Positions 51,736 to 63,340 of a stretch of DNA of 64,000 nucleotides are shown one piece after another. Positions within the stretch are counted from its first letter, which is position 1, and each line of letters starts with the position of its first letter. This DNA comes from Okamejei kenojei (lineage: Eukaryota): contig CM069174.1 in NCBI GenBank assembly GCA_035221665.1, forward strand, positions 10,850,001 to 10,914,000. Reading direction: 5' to 3'. The notes beneath the pieces are model-generated. The model searched no databases and was not told the DNA's origin. It saw only the letters and a program-made list of their open reading frames with translations. Both the position numbers and the translations under genes were made by a program.

Positions 51736-53417
51736 CAGCCTTGCTAAAATACTAAACCTAGCCCAATCCAGATTTAGGCTGCAGTACTGGCATCGGCTGA
51801 GTTCTGATTTGGTCGTGGAAGTCTCAAAATTTAACTTGCTTTCGTTTTAATAACCCATCGAATTAGGAAGTAGCACATGACACAGGAGAGGGAGCTTAAC
51901 TCTGAGCAGAAGTGCTTTTGGTTGATATTGAGTGCACAGTGAGAGAGAGTTCTGCCCCAACATCAAGGTGCAGGTTCACCATTACTCATTGCTTATCAAT
52001 CTTTAGCTTGTGTTTTGCTCTCCCCCCTCCAACCCCAATCCCAAACTGCCTCCAGCTCCACGGCATTTTGTGGGGGACTATTCCAGATTTCCATTGCCAT
52101 TCGGATATGGAATCGTCAACACGACTGCCTGGCTCCAGTTTTAAGGTTCCACTTCCTTGTTCTGGGCTTCTCACAAGAGGAAATAATTTCTCACTGACTA
52201 ACCTACTGGTATCATTTACGCCAAATCAGTTCATGCCTTCATCTTCTCCCCCTAAAGTAATACAAGGCCAGCCATTGCAACCCTTTATCACCCCCCCAGT
52301 GTAATCCTGGTAAATCTTTGCTGGAGCCCCAATGGTGAAGTGTGGGGCACAGATCTGAATGCAGAACTCCAGCTGTGGTGCTTTCAGATCCCTCCCCCCC
52401 CCATTGTCATTCCTCTGCCCTTGTAATCCATCCCCTTTTGAGTAATACCAGAATGGATTGGCTCGGGCCAGGTCAGATCATAAATCGTACGCACACTGTG
52501 TGCCAGTTTCCTAAATCAAAGAAGCTAAAGAAGGTTTTTGGCTTGTCCAGCGCTGACTAGTGAGGCTCCGGGATTCTGCAAGTGATGGCGGGAGGAAACT
52601 AAATGTTGATTGTTTGAAATAAAGCAGCAAAAATGTTGGAATTGCAAAGCAGTATCAGTCAGGACCAGATGAGAGATAGTAGAAGTTAAATCTTCATGGG
52701 AACCAAGCTATGTCTTACTCCAAACCTTCACTGGCTGATACCCCGTGCCTTCCCACCATTTTATCTGTCAGATGAAAAGGAATTCAGCTTTTGAAAGTTT
52801 TCATTTAAACACTGTTGAGGACTTTGCAAAAGTTAAGAGCATATATCTGGTGTGCTGTTTGACTGTGTTTTCCTCTTAAAGAGACAGTCTCACTGCTAGT
52901 GCTCATTCTTACCCTTCCTGGCTTTCCAAACCAAATTCATGACATAAGAACTTTCTCTTTTTTTGTGTTTTTTTGTTTGTTTCAACAGCAACATTAAACA
53001 GGGCAATTACCAAGCCAGGTTGTGGGTTTGCAAAATCTGTGGAATCAAATCTGACAAGTTGATACCAGTTACCAAGGGTCTGCTGCCTTTGCTTATTGAG
53101 AATGTTAATTTATTTTGCAGGTGCTGGTGGCCTCAGTAACTCCTCCCAGACTATTTGCTCTTCTATTGTGATCAGCAGTTACTGTTTCAGTTGTGGGGTT
53201 GGGGGGAGGGGAAGAACCCAGAGACCCGGGATCAATTAGTCCTAGTTCTTATTAACTGGCTGCTTTTTGTTTGGAAAATATGTTTCTGATGAATGAGGCC
53301 CAATTTGTTTTTTTCTCTCTCTGCTTATTGCACAGTGCATGGCATAGTTTGGACATCACATTCTAGAATAATGATGCTTCAAATGACAGGGGGAAAGACA
53401 TTTGGCTGATCTTCATT

Positions 53418-53798
53418 TTAGGAGCAGCCACATCGATCGACCACCATGCCTGGGATTTGCCCGTTGATGATCTCTTGCTTGTCGTTGAAGTAAAGCATGT
53501 TGATAGGCGACATTTTGGTTGGCGTGCAGCAGGGACCTGCGGAGCCTCTGGCATTGGCATGATGTACCAGGTGGGTATGTGGGTATTTCTGCATGAACAT
53601 GTACTCGCATTGACCAGAGCAGTAGTTGGCTTTGTATCGTTTGGGGGCAATAATCCAGTCCCAGCCGAAGGCCTCAAAATCAACGGTTAGCGGAAAGCGA
53701 CAGCAACGTGACTCTGTGGAGTGCTCATCACAATCCAGCCCCAGGTTACGGCGAGTACGTTTGTTTGTTTCTGCCACTTTAACTTCCAGAAATGGTTG
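53418..53798 (-). CDS. GDF11: GDF11 exon 3 (furin site RTRR plus mature TGF-beta ligand)
   Basis: gacag|CAACCA..., 381 nt. Mature peptide starts NLGLDC and has [16 protein letters not shown] and IPGMVV, the GDF11 rather than myostatin signatures. Nine Cys. SARNP neighbour fits GDF11 synteny. Confidence 0.93.
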   Translation of the reverse strand, partial: QPFLEVKVAETNKRTRRNLGLDCDEHSTESRCCRFPLTVDFEAFGWDWIIAPKRYKANYCSGQCEYMFMQKYPHTHLVHHANARGSAGPCCTPTKMSPINMLYFNDKQEIINGQIPGMVVDRCGCS

Positions 53799-54689
53799 CT
53801 GTCAAAAAGAGAGAGAGGTTTTTTTTTCAATTGAGGTGTACCTGTACACTTTCTTTATGTTATTAAAACTCTAAATCGTCTCTAATATAGTGGGACCAAG
53901 GCCATAAGTGCATTCATTTCTTGTTCTGGACTAATTTGCATCACAGTGCAAGAAAAGAATCTTTACAGCTCCTAGGCCTTTTAAAACCATTACCAGTATT
54001 GATAATCAACTAGCAGATGCCTGAGCTGTAAATGTATTGGAAAGTTACCACCCCTTTGCAGCCAGTTTAAATGTGGATGAAAATTCACCTCCCACTAGCT
54101 GCCATTTTAAGCACATTATCGGGATGCAGTTAAATTGCCAGAACTTGGTTGAAATTCGCTGAGGCTATTAATGGCATCCTAGCAGTAGTTTTAATGTAAA
54201 TTAACCAGATGCTGGAAATTTAAAATAAAGCAGAAAATGACAGAACTGCATAGTAATCCAGATGGGATTGCCTTATTTAGATTTCAATCCTTTTGAATCC
54301 ACAGGCAGATCTCAAAGATGTTTAAAATGCACATTTTAATTTCGGAGTATTATTATAATTTGTATAACTCCATTACCCATTATAAATGCATAGCTAAAAT
54401 TTGCCCTCAGTCCATTGTTAAAATGATGTATGTGAAACAGACATTTTTGATTTTTTCAAATTCAAAGTTGCATATTTTAAAATGCATATATTCACATCCA
54501 ACTAATCGCCTGTTAGAACACAATGTTAAAATGTATGTACTAACAGCAACTTCCATTGCATCTTTTAACCCATTTTTCAGGGTGTGCATAATACCGAAAG
54601 GGTTGGCAATTTATTGCTTATTCCCAAATGCCTTTGCCACCCCTTCCTTGAACTGCTAGTATGTCATTAAGCACAGGGTTTTTTGGGTG

Positions 54690-55440
54690 AATGGGTCCCA
54701 TGTGCGGCATTTCTGGATATTGGATTGAGGGAGACCGAACAGAGTCCATTGGGGTAGGTAGAGTCCAAAGTTAGTTACGGCATGGAGAAAGATAGGGGGT
54801 GGAGGCCGAGGATACTGAGATAGGATTGAATGTATGTTTGTGTTTAAATGGTGGAAAAGATTAAAGGGGGATAGGAATGTACTGAGGTTGGATTGACAGA
54901 GCATGATGAAGTGAGATGGGAGATGAAATTACTGAGGATGAGCAGTTATTCAACATAGAACCTGAGGAAGGAAAGCAGTGGGAGAATTACTCTGGTATTT
55001 GGATGGGTTGGGAAGGGGAGGGACAGGTGGTGGAGGTAATAAATGAGAGGCAAGAGGTTTGGAACATGGATAGCTTCTCAGAGGAGTAGAGTATGGAAAT
55101 AATACAGTATAGACAGGCCAGGTATTGGATGGCATAGTCAGGTGGAAAGACTTGACATTGGGAAAAGATGTCATTGACCTGAATAACGCTGTTATTGCAA
55201 CAGTCTACAGTCAGCTTGTAGATGGTGAGGGCCATTTTTACAAATGAACAGACATTTTGTAGGGCTGGCAGAGATAGTCAGGACACTGACAGAGTGCACT
55301 GGGTGAGGTGAATTGGATAGGAGGAGTGTAGCGAGATTAGCCCCTAGTGGGCCTGTTGGGCAGGGATGTCGATGAAACTAGGTCAGGGCAATGAAGGTGG
55401 AAGCAGGACATCGAGAGGGTAGTGCACCTGAAAGAGGGGT
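54690..55440 (-). mobile_element. Old L2-like LINE remnant
   Basis: Purine-rich plus strand; minus-strand remnant LTVDCCN resembles the L2 DYCN motif. Confidence 0.45.
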
Positions 55441-56689
55441 AAGAAGAAAAATTAAAATGTGGCCAGTCCAGCCTAATCCCGGCTAAATTAGTTGCAACAT
55501 GTATTGTTTGGTCTGACTTCTGCAAAATAGCCGCATGAGAAAGATAACAGTTGTTGGAGATTGTGGGGCAAACCCTGGTCCCTGGCCAGAGTCTTACAGG
55601 AGCCAAGAATTGTAGGTAGGTTAAGGCAGGTATTGTTCTGGTCATACATTCAGGTTCTGGTTGGGTCAGGACAGGCAGTCTCAATGCATTGTGAGTAGCG
55701 ACAGCAAGCTCTTCCTTCCATTTCTTAGCAAGTGCTTCCCAAAAAGGACTTCCAACTTCATGTGGCCAATAGCACGTTGGGAGCTTGGTTGAATCAGATC
55801 AGGCTGAGTATGGTTTAAACAAAAAAAAAGTGACTCCCCAAGCCGGGCCAGGTTTGGACAAGTCGTGATCAGGTCGGGTTTTAATTTTTTCTCATGCTAG
55901 TCGTTATTATGGAGCTATAGCTCATTGTCAGTGAAATGCCTTCAGGACCACAAGCCAACAAGCATGCTCCAATTGTGCAAGTGGACGTCAGGCACCATTA
56001 TAAAAAGAAAGTAAAGCAAACAGATGAATACTATAAATGTAAGCAAGGAATTTTTGGCCATTATTAACAATAAAAATGATTCTTTATAGCGCCTTTCGCG
56101 ACCTCAGAGAGCACTTAAAAAATGCAGCAGACAATTTGCGCACAGCGAGCTTCCACATATAGCGTTGAGGTAAATGACTGGCAACTTTTGATTTGTACTG
56201 CTGCTCTTACTTGGGATCCTGAGGTTAACACCCTGCTGCATTGCCACAACCTTCGATCAGTATGCTGCCCAACTACTACAGTATCATTTCCATTTCTCAC
56301 TCAACCCAACATGCAGAAACTAATGTTGTCTTTTCCCTTTGCGCTCCATAATTTTCTTTCCAAAAATCAGGGCTAAGGCTCTGAAGCAACTTAATATTCT
56401 GAAGCGTCTGTTTTTGGAAGAACCATTTATAGTTCCTTACTATCCATTGAGAGAGAGATTGGTGGGGAGAGTGGGAGTGCAGGAAATTGGCCAACCCACT
56501 GAACTGGGGATAGTTTGACTGGAGCGACTGAATCATCTGGATCTGTGGCAGTTGTCACATTAACTGGGTTGGAGTGCTGATGCTTCTAAGCTTGAACTGT
56601 TGTGCACTAGCCAGCACTTTGAGTGCCAATTTCCCATCAGAACAAATGAACAGACATTGACTGCTGTAAACTATTAAAAAGCTCAGCTT

Positions 56690-57350
56690 TGATAAGAACA
56701 GAAGAAATAGAAGCAGAAGTTGGCCATTCAAACCCACTTGCCTGCTCTGTCATCTAATCACATTATGGATGACCTTTTTGCCTCAGTTCCAGTTACCCGA
56801 CAATGCCTTTAACGTCCAAAATTCTATCATTCCCTATCAACTATACTCAGTCACTGAGCCTCTACAGCCCTTCTAAGTAGAGAATTCCAAAGACTCTGGG
56901 TAAAGACGTTTCTCCTCATCTCTGGCCCTCGTTTCAAATAACCGAGGCACAGTAACATCTACCTGTCGAGTTGTGAAAATCCCTACGTGTTTCAATGAGA
57001 TTATCCATCTAAACTCTGGAGAGTATCAGCCAGTCTATTTAATCTCTGCTCATGTTATAATCCCATCAGGCAGCATCTTTCAGACCATAAGAACATTAGA
57101 AATAAAAGCAGGAGTTTGCCTTTGGGTTCCTTGAACCTACTTTGACAATCAGTTAGATCAAGAAAATGCGGTTTTATCAAAGGCCTTTCCAATCGCCTTA
57201 ATCTTACACTCCAACCCCTTAGCAATAGAGACCAATACACCATTTGCCTCCTTAGTTGCTTGCTCCTTTCACCCGTTAACTTTTTGCATCTTACGAGCAA
57301 TCACATCCTTTATGGAGTGACATTCATTTGCCACCTATCATGTTAAAAAT
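56690..57350 (-). mobile_element. Decayed CR1 fragments in GDF11 intron 2
   Basis: Two tail-like ATAAGAACA...GCAGRAGT starts and similarity to 62170-62580. Confidence 0.6.
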
Positions 57351-57577
57351 ATTCACAGTTCACTGCACCAAGATTTTTCTTCTCGTCTCTCTATTTCCTT
57401 TATCTGTTGAGTTAAATCAATGACCTTTAGTTCTCAATTGGATGCTTGTTTTTAAACTATAGATGATGATTAGTGACACTATTGCATCTTCAGCCACCAG
57501 TTGCGGGCTCTATTATCTTGAAACCAGAGATATCTGAGCCTCCTTAACACAGAGGGCTTAATGTGAACCATACTCAC

Positions 57578-57951
57578 CAATCCCTTCTCTCCACTTCCCG
57601 GAGATGTGATAGCCAAGTCATTCCCATCCATATCAAAGACGTTGATCTCAATGCCCCAGTTGGTGTGCGGTTGCTTGAACCAGTTCTGCAGAACGTGCTT
57701 AAAGTCGATGCTTTGCCAGCGCCCATTGCGGGTGTCCATGTCTATTTTTAAGGATCGGATCCTCGAGTGCCTGCTGCCTTTTTCCGTCACAGGTTTCAGC
57801 CTGAGGATTTGCAGGTACACTGTGGAGGCGTGCAGTACTGGTCGCAGGTATACCCACAGGTGAGCTCGCACCACGTTTGTAAATGTGACTTTGGGGCTAA
57901 ATTTAAAAAAGCAACATTTTGGACTCCCATCCACTTGGACACAGGGGTCAG
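57578..57951 (-). CDS. GDF11: GDF11 exon 2 (prodomain); exon 1 not found in window
   Basis: tgtag|CTGAC...TTG|gtgagt, 374 nt; DGSPKCCFFKFSPK...LWVYLRP...RIRSLKI...WQSIDFKHVLQNWFKQPHTNWGIEI. Confidence 0.93.
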
Positions 57952-58889
57952 CTACAAAAAGAACAAATCAAAAAAAACAGAATCAAAGCCAACTAATACA
58001 CATTTGACTCGATATAATTATTGTCAACTAACTGGTATGTGAATGGATAGAATTGTAGCAGCTAATACGTGGATGTGGATCGTGCAGGCAGATAAGATTA
58101 GTTCATTTTGGCATCATGTTTGGCACGGCCATTATGGGCTGAAAGGCCTGTTCCTGTACTGTACATGTTCTATGACTGGAAAGAATCGTAGCCAAAAATA
58201 CATATGATTGGATAAAATTGAATCTACTAATACATGTGATTGGATTGAATCGTACCAACTAGCATGCTTCATTAGTTATAACCATCACTGACTAATATGT
58301 ATCAGATTGGATAAGTACCTAGGCAATTGGTAGATGTGACTGTTTGAAATAGAGGCAACTGGCACTTTAGGTGATATAGAATCATGGCCAGTTAATACAT
58401 ATTTGAGTGGATGAGATTAAACCAACTATTATACAGTCAGAATCTTCTCCCCCCCCCCAGGATAGAAATATGGAAATATCAAATACTGGAGGGCATAGCT
58501 TTAAGATGAGAGGGGTAAAGTTTAACGTAAGGGTGGTGAGTACTTGCAGTGCGTTGCTGGGGATGGTGGTGGAGGCAGATCCTTAGTGGCATTTAGGTGA
58601 CTTTTTGATGGGCACATGGATATGGAGGGACATGGATTATGTTCAAGGGTCATTTTCAGCACGGACATTGTGAGCCGAAGGGCCTGTTCCTGTGCGGTAC
58701 CTGAATGGTAGTATAAACCTGATTGGATAGAATTAGAGGCGACTAATACATTTGATTGTACCGAATCATTACGAGCTATACATATCTGGATAGGATCAAA
58801 TACACCAGCACATATATGATTGGATGGTATCGCAGCCAACTAATGCATCAATGATTGGATGGATACATTTGGATAGAATCATCACCAGC

Positions 58890-59180
58890 GGCACGCTGGC
58901 ACAGCGGTAGAGTTTCTGCCTCGCAGCGCCCGAGACCCGGGTTCGATCCCGCCTACGGATGCTGTTTGTACATTCTCCCCGTGTTATTCGGTTTCTCCGA
59001 GATATTCGGTTTCCTCCCACACTCCAAAGATGTACAGGTTTGTAGGTTAATTGGCTTGGTATAGTGTAAAAAAATGTCCCTATTGTGTGTCGGGTAGTGT
59101 TAGTGTGCGGGGATCGCTGGTTGGCGCGGACCCGGTGGGCCTGTTTCCACGCTGTATCACGAAACTAAACTAACTAAACT
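58890..59180 (+). mobile_element. Full-length tRNA-derived SINE (V-SINE/HE1-like)
   Basis: Pol III A box TGGCACAGCGG at 58897, B box GGTTCGATCCC at 58940, central GGTTTCCTCCCACACTCCAAAGA, CR1-like tail with (AAACT)n. Confidence 0.85.
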
Positions 59181-59221
59181 ATCTTATTGGATAGAATCAA
59201 ACCGGTTATACATAGAGCCAG

Positions 59222-59428
59222 AAGGACACAAAGTGCTGGAGTAATTCAGCAGGTTAGGTTGCATCGCTGGAGAACATGGATAGGCAACGTTTTGGTTTGG
59301 GACCCTTCTTCAGACTCAAACGTGACCCAAAACATTGCCTATCCATGTTCTCCAGATATGCTGCCTGACCCACTGAGGTACTCCGCACTTTATGTTCTTC
59401 TTTGTAAACCAGTATCTGCAGTTCCTTG
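59222..59428. mobile_element. Inverted dimer of the short element in GDF11 intron 1
   Basis: Inverted arms; core GAAA mutated. Confidence 0.75.
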
Positions 59429-60599
59429 TTGAACTATCATTAACTTATACGTGTCTGAATACATTTATGGCAAAATAATACATTTGATTGGTTGGAACTT
59501 TGATCTCATCATTGAATTAATTATTGTTAGAAAAGAGAATAGCAACAACTTGAGAAAAATAACATCATCTTTAGATGAACAATTAGAATAAACCTTCACA
59601 GCCATTTATTAAGAGGATAAATTTGTTTTGTAAAAAGGGACAGGCAGTTCAATACTTTGGGTTAATTTACACTGTTCGGCCTCATGGTGAATTAAAGAAT
59701 ACATCTTGAAAACAGGAACATTCAATATTAATTAATGATCCTAAAATTCAAATTCGGTATAAAACGATTATAATACCCACTGTTTCCATTTTATGAAGAG
59801 CTGATCGTGTCAAACTCACAGCTGTGGAGAATTGCACTGGGATTTGTATTCCCCATTATGTGCTGCTCTATTTAATAGTGTCCTGTGGCCACAGGGCAGT
59901 TAGTCAGCTGCAATCCAAACCCATTTGCAGTTAAATGGCCCTATCCTAACAGGCAGGGGTCACGACCCCATATCTCTCTCCCTACATAACATCATCTGCT
60001 TCCCAAAGGATTTGGCCAGAATTGCAAACAAACACTTCACAATATGGAATGGGAAAGAACCCCTTTATGCAATTCCCGCAGGATATTTGATCCACTGTTT
60101 TAAAAATGGAAATCTTGCTGTTTAAATTCACAATAAATGAGCCTCTACTGATGCTAAAGTACATTTACTCTCACAGTGTTTGGCTTAAACTGCCCATTGA
60201 CATTCCAGTTGCCCGGCCCTTGTGGAATGGTTATATATAGATATGCCAAACCAGATAGGAACAACAGCTTGACTTTCTGAAAGAATATCACTGAACTATT
60301 TTTGTTATTGCAACAATCCAGCAGTTTCAGGGTTACTTTTACTGAGATTTCAGTGAAAATAACTTTTCAGATTTGGTTGGGTAGCTTCCAGCCCAATATT
60401 ATGGACATTGAATTCACCAATGTTAGGTAACTAACCAACAAACACCCAATGTGTGGGTGAGAGGACAAATCTGGGGAGAATTGATGGGAACGTGGGGAGA
60501 ATAAATGCGTTACGGTAGGATTAGTGAAAATGGGTGCTTGATGGTTGACTCGGGGCCAACAGCCTGTTTCTGACTTCTATTTCTCTATGGCATGCAAAG

Positions 60600-61550
60600 A
60601 GGTTAAGGATGAATTGACCAAAGAACAGTCCCTTTAGAATGCTGAAAGGGGAGGGGAAGATATGGTGGTGGGAAATTGCTGTCGACAGCAGAAATAGCAA
60701 AGGATGATGTGTTGAAGGTGGAAGTTGGCGGAGTGAAAGGTGAGGACCCGCTTGTTCTGTCCACGAAAAGAGGGCGTGGAAGCAGAGGCGGGACGTAGAT
60801 AAGATGTAGTCAAGAGCTCTGCCAAGTATGGTGCAGGAGAAGCCACAGTTCAGGAAGAAGGAAGACATTTCAGAGGCACCTGCGTGAAATGTGTTATCGT
60901 CAGAACAAATACAATGGAGAAGGAGGAACTGGGAGAATGGAATAGTGTCCTTGCATGGGGCAGAATGGGTTACAGTATGATTGAGATCACTGCAAGAGTC
61001 TGGGCTTCTCTTGGAAATTGCAAGCATCCACATTCTTCAGATGATCCTTTCCAATTTCCATCACCTTCAATGAGATTCCGCTCTCTTCTCCTTTCTTCTC
61101 AATGTTTCAAAAGGATTCTTTCCACCACAGCTCCTGGGGTCTACTCTTCTACTACCCACTACTCCCTTTCTTACGCCGCTTTTCCCACGCAACCATAAGG
61201 GATGCAACACCTATCCATTTACCTCTTCCTTTCCACCATCCAGGCAACCCATCAGACCTTTCAGGGAAGCAGTGATTTACTGGCACTGCTTCCAGTCTAG
61301 TGCACTGTATTCTCTGCATTGAAGGCACCACGTGCATGCTGGTGATCATTTTGAAGAACACCTGCGATCAGGCCACGGCCGGGCGACTCTGAGCTTCCCA
61401 TTCCCTGCCACTTTAATTCCTCATCCCACTCCCATTGTCCTTCTGTCACCTCCTGCAACAAAGCCCAATATAAGCTTCATCTTCTGGCTTGAAATGTTGC
61501 AACCTTCTGGACTTGCATTCAATTCAACAACTTCGGGTAACTTGCTCTCT
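60600..61550. mobile_element. Two Penelope-like fragments in inverted orientation
   Basis: Minus 60640-61030: APCKDTIPFSQFL..ICS, LTFH, PPLSAF. Plus 61030-61550: HHLQ, CNT.P, GDHFEEHLRS. Confidence 0.65.
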
Positions 61551-62164
61551 CTGCTTGTATCAGACATGGCCAGACTCCTGTGGGCCATCAATGCGCAATG
61601 TTGGCTCAGTGGTTTTCTCGCCCTCAGCACCACTAATATTTCCTACGCTCCACATTTCCTTTCTTTGTGTTCTTGCCCTCTAACTGCCCTCGTTAGCTTT
61701 TATGTTCCTGTGTTTATGCTTTCTCTCTGTAAGGGTCCTCATCAACAGGAAGACTGGATCTACAGCCCCAAAACCTGCAGGAAAGGGGAAGGCAAGTCAT
61801 TCATTGATTCGGTTTAAAGTTTTTAGATATTCATAAGTAATTTTAGGTGTTTCTTGTTTACCTTATTTATTTTACTTTTTCAAAGAAAGATCTAATTTCT
61901 TACCAGCAAAGAAATCCTTTTGCTTACTTTTGTTATACGAACAGCTTATTTCAAAATCATTTGCCCGTCGGGTCAAGCAAGAAATGGCAGTTTGTTGTAG
62001 GTTCATGAACTAAACTCCAATGGTTTGTTAAAAGGTCAGTAAACGTAATATAGGAATTGCTGATGATAGACTAGCATGCAAGTCTACAGTCTACAAATTG
62101 CTAATGGGCAAAACATTACGTGAAAAATGACTTCGAATTGACACAAAGTCTTCAAAGTGATTGA

Positions 62165-62580
62165 CAATAGACAACAGGTGCAGGAGTAGGCCATTTGGCC
62201 CTTCAAGCCAGCACCCGCCATTCAATGTGATCATGGCTGATCATCCCCATTCAGTACCCCGTTCCTGCCATCTCCCCATATCCCCTGACTCCGCTATTTT
62301 TAAGAGCCCTATCTAGCTCTCTCTTGAAAGTATCCAGAGAACCGGCCTCCACCGCCCTCTGAGGCAGAGAATTTCACAGACTCACCACTCTCTGTGAGAA
62401 AAAGTGTTTCCTCGTCTCCGTTCTAAATGGCTTACTCCTTATTCTTAAACTGTGTGTGGCCCCTGGTTCTGGACTCCCCCAACATCGGGAACGTGTTTCC
62501 TGCCTCTAGCGTGTCCAAGCCCTTAACAATCTTTTATGTTTCAATGAGAATCCCTCTCATCCTTCTAAACTTCAGAGTGT
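62165..62580 (-). mobile_element. CR1 3' fragment
   Basis: GGTGCAGGAGTAGGCCATT...; reverse complement of the 34.7-34.9 kb tail. Confidence 0.8.
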
Positions 62581-63340
62581 GCAGAAATATTTGCAATTTA
62601 CACATGACCTGTATCTTAATGATAGATTGCAATCACACACTCATACATACAATCTTTGTTTGTTGGTGTAATTGCAGATTACACATACAAACAGTAACTT
62701 AACTATTTGCGACTTGCGTGCAAACTTTAGCTTGAAGTAATGAATTGCGATTTGCACTTTATTTAAAAGCTGAAAATGATTTTGCGACTTAAAGTGCAGA
62801 CTACAGCTTAAAATGATGGATTGCAACAGACATGCTGAGTATATTCTAGAAATTGCTGATGAACATTTTACAAAATAAAAGCTGACGTGGAAATGAAATC
62901 CATCGCTTAGAAATGTCTGGAGCTTAATATGACACTTTGCAACGTACATATTTGGCCAGTAGCTTAAAATGACCATTTGTAGTTTGGGACTTGTATGAGG
63001 ACCCATAAGTGTAAATTAACAATTTATGATTTGCACATACAAGGAAGATCGCTGGAGTTTAAATTGACTGTTTTCAATTCGCATATTTAAAGTGATCATT
63101 TAGGATTTGCACTTGATCTATAAAGAAAAACTGTTGTTTTGCAAATGACAGGTTAAGATGACAATTTGCAATGCGCAGGAAAATTAAAACTACTATTTGC
63201 AATTTAAATGTATGAAAAGCACAATCAGTTAGCTTAGGATGGCTGTTTGCGACTTACACTTATGAACTTAAGCTAAAAATAACTATTTGCAGCTTGCATG
63301 TACAACCCAAAGTTTAAAATAACTTGTAATCTACAGGTGC
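62580..63340. repeat. Degenerate ~40-bp tandem array
   Basis: Recurring GCTTAAAATGAC/ACTATTTGC(G/A)ACTT motifs. Confidence 0.6.

Larger units (their letters stand above)
57985..59500. repeat. Degenerate ~35-bp minisatellite interrupted by CR1, SINE and Penelope-derived insertions
   Basis: Recurring ACTAATACATATGATTGGATAGAATC-like unit. Confidence 0.7.

Noticed and set aside
55440-55895. Possible old MITE with AAAATTAAAA / TTTTAATTTT ends
   Set aside because: Inverted repeats are too short and degenerate, with no identifiable TSD.
53418-57951. Myostatin (MSTN) identity, suggested by the INPP1 neighbour, T11/H62 and the 374-nt exon 2
   Set aside because: NLGL start, QCEYMFM, D89/Q91/G100, prodomain motifs (FKFSPK, IDFK, NWGIEI) and SARNP adjacency favour GDF11.
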